DNA of 64,000 nt from Rhodosorus marinus CCMP1338 (lineage: Eukaryota; Plantae; Rhodophyta). The stretch is taken from assembly GCA_029953675.1 (NCBI GenBank), contig JAMWBK010000006.1, positions 2,294,001-2,358,000 on the forward strand. The letters run 5' to 3'. The notes below the pieces were generated by a model. It was given only the letters and a program-made list of their open reading frames with translations. It ran no database searches and was not told where the DNA came from. Positions within the stretch are counted from its first letter, which is position 1, and each line of letters opens with the position of its first letter. This document shows, in pieces, positions 33,323 through 45,335 of this stretch. The position numbers and the translations under genes were made by a program.

Positions 33323-34698
33323 CTAGTTGCTACCATCACTGTGCTGATTGCGACCTTCAAGCGATTCTATCCTTCTCATGAGCTCTTTCTTGTCTTCAAT
33401 CCGCCAAAGGAAGAATTTCAGCTCCCAATCAAAAATCTGGTCCCGCAAGGACGCCGCGTCTAGGTATCTGCAATTGGAAAGAAAAGGTTTCCACATGTCA
33501 GGACAGGACTCGAGCGTGCTCTTTCAAAAGCTGATCTACTGATTCTCATTCAAAACGAGAGCCGCATACCTCTGTTCACTCACGGCCTCTTCCAGATCGA
33601 TCTTCAATTTGTCGATTGGGCACAACTCTCGAAGCTCATCCCTAATTCTTGCTGCGTCAGCGAATCTTTGCAAGCGCACCGCAAGTTGCAGCTCCATTCT
33701 CTTCTTCTCAAGTTTTGTCTTCAGGGTCTCCTTCTGCTCCGTCGCCTTCTCTTGCTTGTTGTCCATCGCGACAAAAATACTTTGCAGTCTGTAATACGAG
33801 CCTCTCTCCACTTCCTTTTCAACAATCTTGATTGGCGTACCCCAATCTTCCATGAGCCGCATATTAAGATATACAGGTGCGCGGCAGCGTACCGCAAGTG
33901 CCAATGCATCAGAAGGCCTTGAGTCCAAACATATAACGGTGTTGTCCTGAACACGCATCCATATTCTAGAGTAGAAGATAACTCCGTTCGTATGGGTTAT
34001 AGCAACCTTGAGAATCTTCGCGTGCTGAGAGTGAATAAAGGAGTACATCAGATCGTGTGAATTAGGCCTGCTAGGTCCATCCTGATCTCTCTGGTGTGAA
34101 AATGTAGCGAAACAAACATAAATGAGCGAAAAATACAAACTACAAAGCCATTGCCGACGCTAGCACAAAAGGGCTCCGCTCGTGCGCAATCACGTACTTT
34201 CAAAACGTTCAGAATTGACTCGGCCTGCGGTCGCGTTACCGAAAGTTTGAGGGCATGCGTGCTGCTCTTGATCGGTTTCAGGACAAGAAGACGCCCACCA
34301 ACGTTCTTATCCACGGGGCTGAGGGAGAAAATCTTTACGATCTCATAGTCCTTATCCTATGTGCGTTGAGAGGAAAAACGAACATGTTCAAAAGCTGCAA
34401 ATTTACTTGGAGAACGGAGTGCATGTTCGAGGACGGAACAAGCGAAGCGCCCACCCGTTTCACTACAAACTGACAGATTTTAACTCACCTTCTCTGGCTC
34501 CCAGTCGGAGTCGAATTGAGGAGATTCATCGGGCGCTTGACATCTAGTCACCAGCGCTCGAGGTTTTGACGCCTTCCTCACCACAGTCCTTCCGCAAAAT
34601 CCACTGATCCCGAGTTTGCTGCTTCCACGGAGACCATTCCCAGTCAGTACCGATCCGCCCGCCGGTGAAACAAATAGTATTGGTCCCATCTCAAGCAT
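33323..34698 (-). CDS. Plastid-targeted bifunctional-nuclease-family (DUF151) protein with UVR motifs; 4 exons
   Basis: Transit-peptide-like start (ILFVSPAGGSVL), DUF151 motifs RPNSHDL and LDSRPSDALALAVRCRAPVYL, then two UVR-like motifs: LQLAVRLQRFADAARIRDEL and LEEAVSEQRYLDAASLRDQI. Confidence 0.82.
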
Positions 34699-35792
34699 TC
34701 ACTTCTACAAAACTTCTTCTCCACTTCCCCCTGAAGTCCTCTCAGTTTGTCAAAATCACTCCATACACATCCCCACCACCCCCTCCACCTTTAACTACCC
34801 TTAATGACCTTTCTTTCCTTGAGCCCTTCCTCCTGCAAACCCTTGGAAACGCGGAATCTCTATGAAAAAAAAACAACAGGATGGCCCCCCCCCACCAGAA
34901 TAGTTAGAAAAATTATTTTCTTATTAATAATCCTACCAGAAAACCTCACACTCCTTGCAGTAAAAAAAAAAGGCAAGATATCCACCTACAGCATTCTTCT
35001 ACCCCCCCTCTCGTGGGCTTCAATATTCTCCGAAAATAGCAATATATTCTTACCCATAATACATCAATCCTCCGAGACATCAGGAAGGGCAAAACTATAT
35101 CACTAAACGGATTTTTGCAGAATCGGCTGCAAAGATTTGGCATCTCCCCCCCCCGTAGATACTGTCTGCTACCTGGATTATACTGGAAATCAGAGGGTAC
35201 TTGGGATGATATTGGATACCAGCACAATTTCGAGTATACTACTAACATGGAAAGATGGCTGTGGCCAAAGAGGCGGTTTGAGACTTCGGGGGGAATTGTG
35301 CGCTTCCGGCTTAAGAACAAATGTTTAAAATTTATCCCTCAAAAAGGGAGTTCCTGTTTGTAAACCTTAAATCTCAAAGACAGGAATTGGAGGTGTCGAT
35401 TCCTAGACCCGGTAGTAGCAAGTCATGCGAATGTCCTTTACGACTCAAAACCAAAAAAACGGCTCATTTAACTTTTTTAAAATGGCGATTCAGCGGGGAG
35501 CTCAGTTTAAGAAAAAACCTAGTTAGCAAGTTGGGGAGATACGCACCCCACCCCCACCCCCCACCACGTGCATGTTATTTCCAAAGGATTAAGCAGAAAA
35601 ATGGGGTTTTTGTAGCCACGAGGGGGGGGGGAGTGGGAATGCGGGTAGGAGGATTCATCAAAGGTCTTGGATTTTACGTTTTTTGACAAACCCTAATAGA
35701 AGAGGAATCGTACCCCCCCGCCAAGTTCCCCCCCTGGAGTGAGATTTTGACTTCATGATATGCCCTGTTTTGAAAAAAACTAAAGCTTGGAT

Positions 35793-35889
35793 TGTGAAAT
35801 ATCCGTAACTTCGCGGAAGGGCGTTGGCTGAACTCCAAGATTCGATCGTTGGCCCTGCAACGACCTCGGGCGTGGAGAGATATTTCACA
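35793..35889. other. 97-nt element closed by an 11-bp perfect inverted repeat with internal hairpins
   Basis: TGTGAAATATC (35793-35803) pairs with GATATTTCACA (35879-35889). Internal stems are CTTC/GAAG, TTGG/CCAA and TCGTTG/CAACGA. Confidence 0.45.
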
Positions 35890-36625
35890 TAGATATCAGT
35901 AGATCAGGACAGCTGGCGATAATGTATTGGAAAGTTCTAACGTTTAACATGGCTTTTTGGGGGTCTAATCTATGGTCCGTTCAAACCTACGAATTTTGCC
36001 AAATCATTGCTTGCAATGGGGTGCAACCCGAGATATGATCTGCGCAAGCTTTGTCGTTACCAAGAGGCCAATGAAAAGAGCTTTTCGGCGCAGCAAGCCA
36101 ATGAAACATCTGATAAGGAATCCAACCCGCATATCATTATGTAAGGACCTGAAAATACAATCATTTAACAGTTTATCGATTGAAATTGGGTTTTTATTTC
36201 CATAGTTTATACATTTGCCTTATTGAAGAACGATGAAATATTTGGGTTCGTTGAGACAGGGATTGACTTTATTTTATGTTGAATAGCCACACGAGACGGG
36301 AACGAACGGAACCAGATTCCAATGTGTTTTGGGAGTTCTGTCATGTTGATAGGATCAATTTACCTGTTCGGAAAGGGATGGGAAGGGGCACACATCTTTC
36401 TCACCCATTTTGACACATTTTGGCAGAACCCGCGTTTTTGCCAGGATATGCACAGTTTTTGCGTGCGGGGGAAAGAGGGGAAGAGGTTTTGATACGAATT
36501 TCGGGATTAGGTCTTAGGTTTTTGTTGTTGGGGCTCTGGTCTGCTTGGCGTTGTGATGAGAAAGTAGAAGTAGCGGAATAGATGTGTTGAATTTCGTATT
36601 GCCTCCTTAGGTGTGGAATTGTGAA

Positions 36626-37521
36626 ATGGCGTTTGTGCTTGTGCCTGGTGGGTCCAGGGAGGGGAGTGCTAAGAGGCCCCGCGTCTGTGCTAGAGGTGGT
36701 CCCTTGTATGCTCTTGAGTTTTACAGGGCAAGGGATGGTAGCGTCCGGAAATTGACTCTATGGACGGAAGAGGTAGGTATCGTTGTTGTGCTTTGACTTC
36801 GGCCTCGCTACGTCGTTGAACACGTCATTTCTCATCTCATTGAATATGCTCTGTGAGTCTAGGATATCGAGAGCTGTGAGGAGAAGAGCAAGGTAAACGC
36901 AAAGCCGGCAAAAGAGGGCTCGTCCGTCCTTTTTGACGGTGCCGTTGTTTCCTTCAAAGCTGGGTCATATTCGGAGGCTGCCAGAGGGTTCCAAGCTGCT
37001 GCGGATTGCGCTAAGTACGATGAGTTGATCAGAGCTGAATATGAACTCTGGGCAGTTCAGTCATACGCGGCTGCGAAGGACATGGAACAAGCTATGCACC
37101 TGCTGCACAAGTAAGGATGGCAGAATTCACTGCCCCTGCAGCTTGAATCTGTTTCTGAACTTTGCTTATTGCGCACAGGCTGGCCCAGCATGAAGACATC
37201 AACATACGAAAAGCGACACACAGTTTGGAACGAAGGCTCGTCTGTAGTCAAGGAACGACAAGTAACGACGAGTTCCTCGAAATACCTTCGTTTCACAAAG
37301 GTACCGCGTTCCCGCGAGTACGTGACAAGTTTATCGCGGATACTCCAACGCGTCATGCCTCCCAACACTGGGCGCCATTGCCGGTGGAAAGTGAACGATA
37401 CTCTCTCGAGTGGTACAAGGATAGAAAACCCGCAGACGCTGCTGACGAGGTGGAAATGAATCACCTTGTTGTTCTCGCGGGCACCATCTTCGGCCTTTTG
37501 TTTTTGATTTCCGCACTCTAG
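36626..37521 (+). CDS. Plastid-targeted TPR-like protein with a C-terminal transmembrane helix; 3 exons
   Basis: Starts MAFVLVPGG (red-algal transit motif). TPR-like helices FKAGSYSEAARGFQAA...ELWAVQSYAAAKDMEQAMHLL, and a hydrophobic C-terminus LVVLAGTIFGLLFLISAL. Confidence 0.7.
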
Positions 37522-38247
37522 TCGCAGCTCGTTGGAAACGCCTTTCGTGTTAAGTGTAATAATTAGTTGTTCAAATAAATGTTGTTTCTAAAACAGCAGA
37601 GCAAAATGCCTATGTCTCGCGTCACCGTTCGCCTTAAAAACCTGGCGTTCCGGTTTGTTGATGACACGCCTTCCTGCAAACCGGTGGCAGCATACGCCGC
37701 GAGGCGTGCTTTTTGGGACCTGGAAGTAGGTTTAGCCAAGACTCAATTCAGTCACTTCCATTGGAATGTCACCAGGCAAGTCATGGTCTTCTAGTGGGGT
37801 GGTTTTCAGTTGAAAGCTAAAACAAACTTGGAACTTGGCGTCCCAGTTCAGCTCTGAGGAGCAGCTCGGGGTTCGCATAGATGTGGATGAACTGGCCTCC
37901 AGCGTCCATTTCTGGCTGCACACCTCTTTGAGTCACTACTGCGTATCGTGGACATTCTACTAACAAGATGAGCTTGAGATTCGCTGAATGGGAATCCAAA
38001 GTCTAAAGCGTTGTCGCAGTAGGTGCTGTGACAGCCACCTGGTTTTTCAGAACTTTACAATGTCGGCAGTTTCTTCGGGTTTGCTAGGGAGCGCGGGTCA
38101 ACACGAGGGGAGTGGTACAGCTTCTGTCCTACTCGCTTGCCACTACTTAGTGGTCAAGATCAAAAGGTGAACATACCTACCGATTCTTGAGGTACCCTCA
38201 ATGGGCGAAGCCTTGACGTTGCTCACCGCTGTTCAACTGCCTCTAGG

Positions 38248-39500
38248 TTAGTTTAAATCTTGTCGGTCGATGTGTTTCTCTTGGATATGTGAATCCCCGT
38301 CGTCCATAGCCGCTTCTATCAGATCTGCCGAGCTTGTATTAGTAGCTGGGACAGTTCTTGACAGCGGATGCGTGGAATCCTCTACCCGGCCTAGCTCTCA
38401 TTGCAATACAAGTGATTATGCTGACTGCGCTGTTGGAAGATGGCGGGCGACCTTTTTCCCCTGCCAAGGCTGTGCGTGATGCTATGCTCACACCGGATAG
38501 TAGTGTAGGCCTTTTTGAGTGCATGACGAATGAGCAAATGCTCCTGCAGTTCAGTACGACTTCCCACGAAAACACAACAACGCTTGTTCTCCTGTTATGG
38601 TCCAGGTTTCGCATCTGCAGCTGCTGATGCAAACTGAGCTCCAGAGACGTGAGACGCACCGTTCAAGAAAAGCTGACGCTCATCGACATTGTTGAGGGAG
38701 GTGCTTGAATTTATTACGCGAACTCTCCCGAAACCCCTCGCTGGCGCCCGTTAGCTTTGTCAGCCAAGATTACCCAACCAGTAATCCGCATGGTCGTTTT
38801 CCTGAGGGTATGTGTGTGACCTTTGAAGACGTGAAAACTTTCTCACTCGCTTATCCGATTGTTATTCACGGCAAGCCGGTTCGCGTGAGCCTCAAAAACT
38901 TCGTTCCTGGGCAGTTCGAGCACGATTAGCCGTTGGAATTTTCTGTTCAGATCCAGCTACCAGGAGCTTGGGGCTGCGTGGTAGCTCGCAGTCAAGTAAA
39001 ACGTAGTGCAACTTGCAGTCACCACGCCCTCAATCAGGACGAGCTAACGACTACTGCACATTCCACCGATTAGATCCTCCAAGTGCGCATTGTTTCGAAA
39101 GCTCGGTGAGACGATCTGCGGTGTAGTTGTTTGGACGGGATCCAGCCGATGTCGTGGAGTCGACCAGAAGGACAAGGATCTGTGACTGTAGGTACTTCGA
39201 TCCAAAACCGTACAGTTCTTCATCCCAGCAGATTTCCAACCAAGACCTAGTATAAGATTTCGAGATCACTATCAAAGTAGAAAGTTCTTCCAGCAAATGC
39301 CCCCGGTGCCGCGACGCCTTAGGACCTTTGCGATTCAGGGGGATCCGGTCTGATCCAGATCCAGAGATCGAGGATGTAGGTTTAGAACCTGTCATGCAGT
39401 CAGTTGTGCCCGCCCCTTCTTGCGAGAAGATCACACTCTGGCGATCGAGAGCTCCTACACGTGGATGGTTGCCTTGCTATTCTTTGCGCAAGTTCCTTTC
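38248..39500 (-). CDS. Hypothetical fragmented or multi-exon gene with a possible Zn-finger half-motif
   Basis: Protein-like segments on the minus strand (a 127-codon ORF at 39434-39051, NEVFEAHANRLAV, ENKRCCVFVGSRTELQEHLLIRH, DLIEAAMDDGD) lie near plausible splice signals. A full in-phase model could not be closed. Confidence 0.33.
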
Positions 39501-41908
39501 GAATAAGGCGCAAACCCCCATTCCTCCGACCTGAAAACTAACTAATTTCGATCTTCCCAACGAAGGCCACTGTGAAGGCCACTACACTAGGATAACGACC
39601 GGCACTGCGACCCGCTGACAAGCCCCCAACCAAAAAATCCAGTTGTCGTGTGCCATATTGCAACAAGCCATGGGTGATCGGCTCGTGATCGAACGTGCTC
39701 CCATTCTACACATTGAAAACAATTCCATATGGACTTCAATAGCTCCCGCACAACGATCCGCTCATCCAAAAACGAGAAACACGAGTTGAAAAACTGGTCT
39801 AGCTCAACAACTGGCTCATCAAATTTTGTTGTGGACGTTGAGATTGTCTGAGATATGGATTCGAGGAAGCTGGTTGATATAGTCGACTAGTCGACTGTTG
39901 GGAGAGGGTTTCTATTAGTCGGGCGGAGACGATGCATATTTCACTCAAAATATGTGAATGAAACGCTCAAGAGACAATCATTCATTGTTGTTGGAGTTCG
40001 AAGTAATTGCGAAATCTACCAATTCGTGTTTTTTTGACCAACTTGTAAATGACGAGCCGCCCCCGACTCCTGTGCACTGCACGTGTGCAGATCGAATCTC
40101 CTAACCGCCGGTAGTGGTGTCAGGGTTAGGCCAGGATCCGACGATCGGGAAACTGCGATTCTAACCGTATGGCTCGGTAGCGTTGATTCTCCAAATCATA
40201 CTTTGGAACACTGAGAAACGGATATTCGACCTTTATGAAGACTCTCTGCGGTCCCATATAGATCTGGCCAGTTATTCCTGGCAAAGCCTTCTCCCGATTT
40301 CTGAGCAAGCGAACGCAGTCTTGACTAGGTCGAGGAGATCAGACCAAAGTCAAAGGCCTTAACCCAACGTAGTCACTCGCAGGTCTCGGGTCCCCGGACG
40401 TCCAGCTGATCCAACGTGTTCGATCCTTTTCCCCCTGCTGGCTTTGTGAGAGCCGCACACAACAGTCATAGGTTGTTCGGGGCCAAAATCTTGTATGGGG
40501 CTCGAAACTTTTTGCCGTAGACTTTCTTGGACACATAAGCGAGATTCTAAGTCATCCACTCGCCGCGGGTTTGCTGAAAAGAGACCTTACATCGGGCAAG
40601 CGAGCGGCCCTTCGCCAAATATAAATCGTATTTAGGACTCCCTCTCCGACGGAAAAACCCTGCTCGGAATACGGGATTCTAAATCTAAAAAAAGGGGGAA
40701 ACTTTGTAACTTGCTCACTTTTCAGAAATCATACTCATTATGTGAGAATTTTAATTTATAAGCAGGAAAAAACAAGAACTAAAAACCAAAAAAACGCAAA
40801 GGGTCATTTTAAATTGTTTGCTAGTACATAAAAGCCATGTTCAAGATTCAATGTATTCGTTTATTTTACGACGAGTGCAGTTGTTTGCTGCCAAATTTAG
40901 GTAGATATTCCTTCTTTATTAAGGGTAATGATTGTTTATAATGGTTGTCATAGTTTTATCGTCCAATCTATGCAGATTTCGTCAACCGGAACTCCAATTA
41001 ATGACGAGCAAATTCAGCGGAATCGGGCGCTTCGGGAAGCCCACTGTTTCATGGAATTCTTGGCAGGGTTATTATTTATATACTGATCAACTGAAGTTGG
41101 AACAAACGATCCTCTAAAATCTTTTGAGAATAGGGGGGCGTTTTACCGTTTCTTGATTGGAGAACAGGTAAGCCAATGAAGTTATAAGTCGCCCTTAGCT
41201 GACGATTTGTATAGAAGGGCGCGAACACGCCTATTGTTGAATTGCGATAATAACGTGATTGTTTGTCATGGAGCTGTTTCTAACCCCCCGCTCCAACTTT
41301 CTTCCAAACACTGGGCTGCTTTTTTTCCTTAGAGGAAAAAACGAAAACATTAGATAGCAAGAACGTCGGAATCTGTCAATTGCCCCTTTCATTTTTAGGA
41401 GTAATATGTTCAATTAATTATATATATTTGGCGGTATAGTCAATAATATTCAACTAAAAGCAAAACCTCGGTGCTTTTTTTCCTTCAATATTTTATTAAG
41501 AAAACAAGTACCGCATGAGACTGTTTGAAACCGATCAAAATTTGCATTTAGTGGATCATAAATGTGAGCTCCCCATGAACCGTCCACTTTTTTATTTGGA
41601 AATGATAAAAATAATGGACGAGTGAAAAGTTGGAGAGCGATGTGAGGATGGAGGGGAAGCCCATGATGCGTGCCTGATGTGTATGCGGAACGAGGGTTGA
41701 ACAGCTCCCTTAACTTATCCCTGGAGAGCTGCAGCTTAAGTGTAAAAGGGGGCTCAAGTTTGGTGCGGGAAGATCAAAGAGCAGGGCATTAGGGTATATA
41801 TGAGGAACACCGAGACTGTGTCTTCAGCCTTGCGGTTTGTGGAGTGTATGGGATGACGAAACCTCGTGGTAGATCAAAGTAGTACCGTTTGTTTGTTGAG
41901 AGTTCGAG

Positions 41909-42605
41909 ATGACTGCGTTTGCCTTTGTGAATGGACCTGGGAGCGCGTCTGTGGGCCACAGAAGACCCAGTTCCAGCTGCACGAGAAGGACGGTGAGATT
42001 TTGTGCAACTGAGGCTGGGTCGTTGCAATTTGCTAAGCTGGTGACTGCTCTGCTGTTTTTTCGTTCGGTTCCAGGTTATGACCCCTTCTATGGTATCAGT
42101 ATCGAGCAACTCAACTACGAATGTTGTAAAGAGCATTAACACGGTAAGGCTATACTGGAGACTGTTCCCAAGCGTCCTAACAACCTCTAAACGGAGTTGA
42201 ATTTCTCCTACAGGACGAGTTCAAGAGTCTTTTAGACGCTGCCGAGTGGGCGAGCAATGTCATTGTTGTTAAGTTCTCCGCTGGTTTTTGTAAGAGCTGC
42301 AAGAGTATGGAGCCCAAGTTCAAGGTGAGCTTGCTTCATTGTCCTTGACGGGAGAGATATGGGTTCGCTAACCATGAGTTGATCTCCGTTCTTGCTATTT
42401 GTAGAGGCTCGCAAAGGTCTACGACAAGTTTAATTATTTTGAAGTTAGCTATGAGAAGAACAAGCAGCTGTGTGAAGAGTTGGGAGTTGACAAGTTGCCG
42501 CACTTCCAAGTTTACGACAGAAGGACAAATCAGTCTGAGGGAGTCTCCTGTACATGGACGGAGGCAGCAAAGCTAAGGGACCTCTTGGACAGGTTTAATA
42601 TTTAA
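41909..42605 (+). CDS. Plastid-targeted thioredoxin-like protein with atypical active site FCKSC; 4 exons
   Basis: MTAFAFVNG transit peptide and thioredoxin fold VIVVKFSAGFCKSCKSMEPKFKRLAK...LGVDKLPHFQVY. Canonical junctions keep the frame. Confidence 0.85.
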
Positions 42606-43792
42606 ATGAGTTTTTGCCTTGTGGCTGTGCCAGAGCCAGCGGCCGAGATCCCTTTTTTTCCGAGAGGGGAAGTTGAAGCTTACCCAAGCTGGGCGTGCAG
42701 AACCTTCCGCTTGCCCAATAACTTATTTGAGGAGAAAAATAGTTAGTTGCTTTGGTATTTATTAGTACGGACGTCATCGCTTTCGTAGTATTGCTAGACC
42801 TGGGATCAAATAGTCGCCCAACACCGTGTAGTTAAATAGCAAGCGATAACCGAAGGTGTGGATTGGAGCCAGCTAACAAAGTAGGAAGCCAATGCTGGCT
42901 GCATACCAATGTATGCAACCACTTTTAGAACTGATAGAAGCGAAATCATATCAAATTTTCCGAAGAAATGTAATACATTGTATACCCTGCCGAATTATAG
43001 TTTCTCCGGATTCCAAGAAATCTGAATAATGAGGTCCACTCTCACAGACTCGCGATACAAAGGAGGCGAACAGCATTTCAAGTTGGGAATTGCCTGGGCG
43101 TCTCCCATCAGCATGTCACATCGTTCAGATATAACTTAAAAACAGAATCAAAGGATGGCCAAAGATCAAGCACCACGCGTCCTCGCCATTAAATTCACAA
43201 ATGGATTGTTTCAATCGCTACCTGTGCCAATTCGGAATTCATAGATTTTTTGAGAGGTTTGGGCGAGTAATATAGGTTTTTTTGAGTTGAGTGATTTGAG
43301 GCGGCGGCATGGCACCCTCAATTCTGAGAGGGCGTTCGGCAGACATCAGGAAACTTGGTAAAATAAGTTGTTTTGCATATCTTGTGCCAAGACCGCTGAA
43401 TTCTATTTACATCGTTTAAATGATGAGCGTCTAGGATAATGTCATCATACATTCCTATTTTTATATTTAATATGAAAATAATTATCGTTTTTTTGGATGG
43501 ATCGTATATGCTTTTTTGCTACTCACTCACATAATGTGTGGAATTCAGTGTGTTGTTGCTGACTCTCCGAGTTGGGCATCATATCGGGGGTATTGCCGGT
43601 CAAGCTTCGAAGACAGAAAGGCTCGGGATAAATACATGAGCATAAGCGCACATGCCTGACAGAGGTCGCCCAGCGGGTAGGGTGAGAGTTGAGCAGGCTG
43701 CGTGAAGAGTGGTTTTCGTGACTTCCGTTTAAGATTTGAAAGTGAGAGCTTTATTAGTTTGATTTGATTTTTGGTTTTTGGTTTTGTCTATA

Positions 43793-44242
43793 ATGGGCCT
43801 GTTTCGTAGGCAGAAGGTCGAATACTTCTACTTGGAGAAGAATCTGAAGGGGAACACACTCAAGTACGGTCCCTTTACATTTGAACAGATGGCTACGGTA
43901 AGTTCGTTCTGAATTGGTTTTAAGCGGCATGCAGCCCGTTTGTTCTCCACTAAAGGGTTCTCTTGCTCATGCTTTTGTCGGGGACTATAGGTGTACAAGG
44001 AATCTCAAATTGCTGGCGATACGTACATATGGACCAATGAGAAGTGTTTCGTTGATGACAAGGGAAGACCGGCTCGTGCTGCGGCCTGGACTATGATTGG
44101 TGACATGCCTGAAGAATGGCAGGAGAAGTTGGAGGAGGCTGCAGCTACAGCGAACGATCGACGTCAGAAAATGAATACTGGAGAAACCTCTTTCGGAACT
44201 AAGGGTAGCGGAATGGGTCCACCACCGGTACCAATGCTCTAG
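43793..44242 (+). CDS. Small GYF_2 (DUF4339-like) domain protein; 2 exons
   Basis: YFYLEK...YGPFTFEQMAT/VYKESQIAGDTYIW...WTMIGDMP matches the GYF_2 pattern (Y-x-GP...I-x3-T-x-V/I-W...W). The C-terminus ends in PPPVPM. Confidence 0.65.
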
Positions 44243-44465
44243 GCGAACTATAGCTCCTCTATATGTAATTAATCAATCGCTAAATGAAAGCAAAACGACT
44301 GCACGTATTGTACCACGCACAAGCACTTGGTGCCGGTCGGAGAGCTTAAGATGTAAAGGCCGCAACTATGGAATACAATTGTGTCCTTGCTAATCTCGTT
44401 TGCAGAAGCTTACCCCCAACCAATTGACAGCGTATTCCCTCCGCAACTGGGAAAAAAACATAATT

Positions 44466-45335
44466 CTAGATTACATGTTCCAACGCACCCTGTCTTACAA
44501 GGTGCTCAACGTCCACCCGCGGAAGAAAATGTGCAGTCCCGCTCTTCAGGTTGACAGTCCCACTGTCTGTTAGAATGCTGCCACAGTCTTTAAGGACGCG
44601 AACCTCAATGTACAAGTCCTTCGGAGGTTGCAGCTCCTAAAACGAAAAGACAGTATAGGGGAGTGGGGCCAGGATTCAGGTCTATGCGGCATTCCATGAC
44701 TCTGGTCGAAGAGTGCATTTAGACGGCAGCTGCTTACCGCTGTCAAATCCAGACCGACGGATTCACAGTATTCGCCTAGCAGTCGGTTGTACTTCGATAA
44801 GTAATCTCTTTCGTGCATACTCAAGTTGTTGCTCAATTCTGCAAAGTTGATTGAACTGTACTCCCAGCGCATTCGCCTCATTCGCTCGAGGCGCTTGTAC
44901 CTGATTATTATTCGAATGTCAAAGGACGAGCCGAGATATGTCCCAGTTCAGCAATGCGGACAAGAGTTCTGCCCCTGATATGTCCAGCTAGCACGATACT
45001 CACAAATACGCTAGAACGCAGCGCTTGTTTCTCTGTACACTGCGGTGGAATACCATTACCGTTGCGAGGACCTCCGGCTGGTCAAGTTTCTCCCTGAATT
45101 GTGACACAGTGGACGTGATCATCTCCATGATCGATCTGGTCTCGATTGCAATTGTGCGCAAGGAGCTTTCCTGTGAAGGTCAGCAAATTTCCAAATACCG
45201 TCAGCAGAAAAAAATTTATTTCGCGGCAACATGCACGCCATGCGAACCTTATTTCGCCAAGCTTACGTTAAAAGGCAATAGCCATTTACTGTTTTTCAAC
45301 TCCCTGACCAAATCGGCAGCCACTGACCCAAACAT
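44466..45335 (-). CDS. GINS1: DNA replication GINS complex subunit PSF1, multi-exon
   Basis: MFGSVAADLVRELK...LPFN, RNKRCVLAY, RWEY, DLTADLQPPKDLYIEVRVLKDCG and HFLPRVDVEHLVRQGALEHV. Confidence 0.93.

Noticed and set aside
35801-35813. ATCCGTAACTTCG, matching a conserved large-subunit rRNA segment
   Set aside because: Only 13 nt match and the flanks diverge. No box C/D is positioned to make the antisense strand a methylation guide. Treated as chance.
40290-40560. Minus-strand fragments WVKAFDFGL (kinase DFG-like) and KKFRAPYKI (integrase GPY/F-like)
   Set aside because: They are isolated short motifs in a frame with several stops, and no other kinase, integrase, RT or LTR features are nearby.
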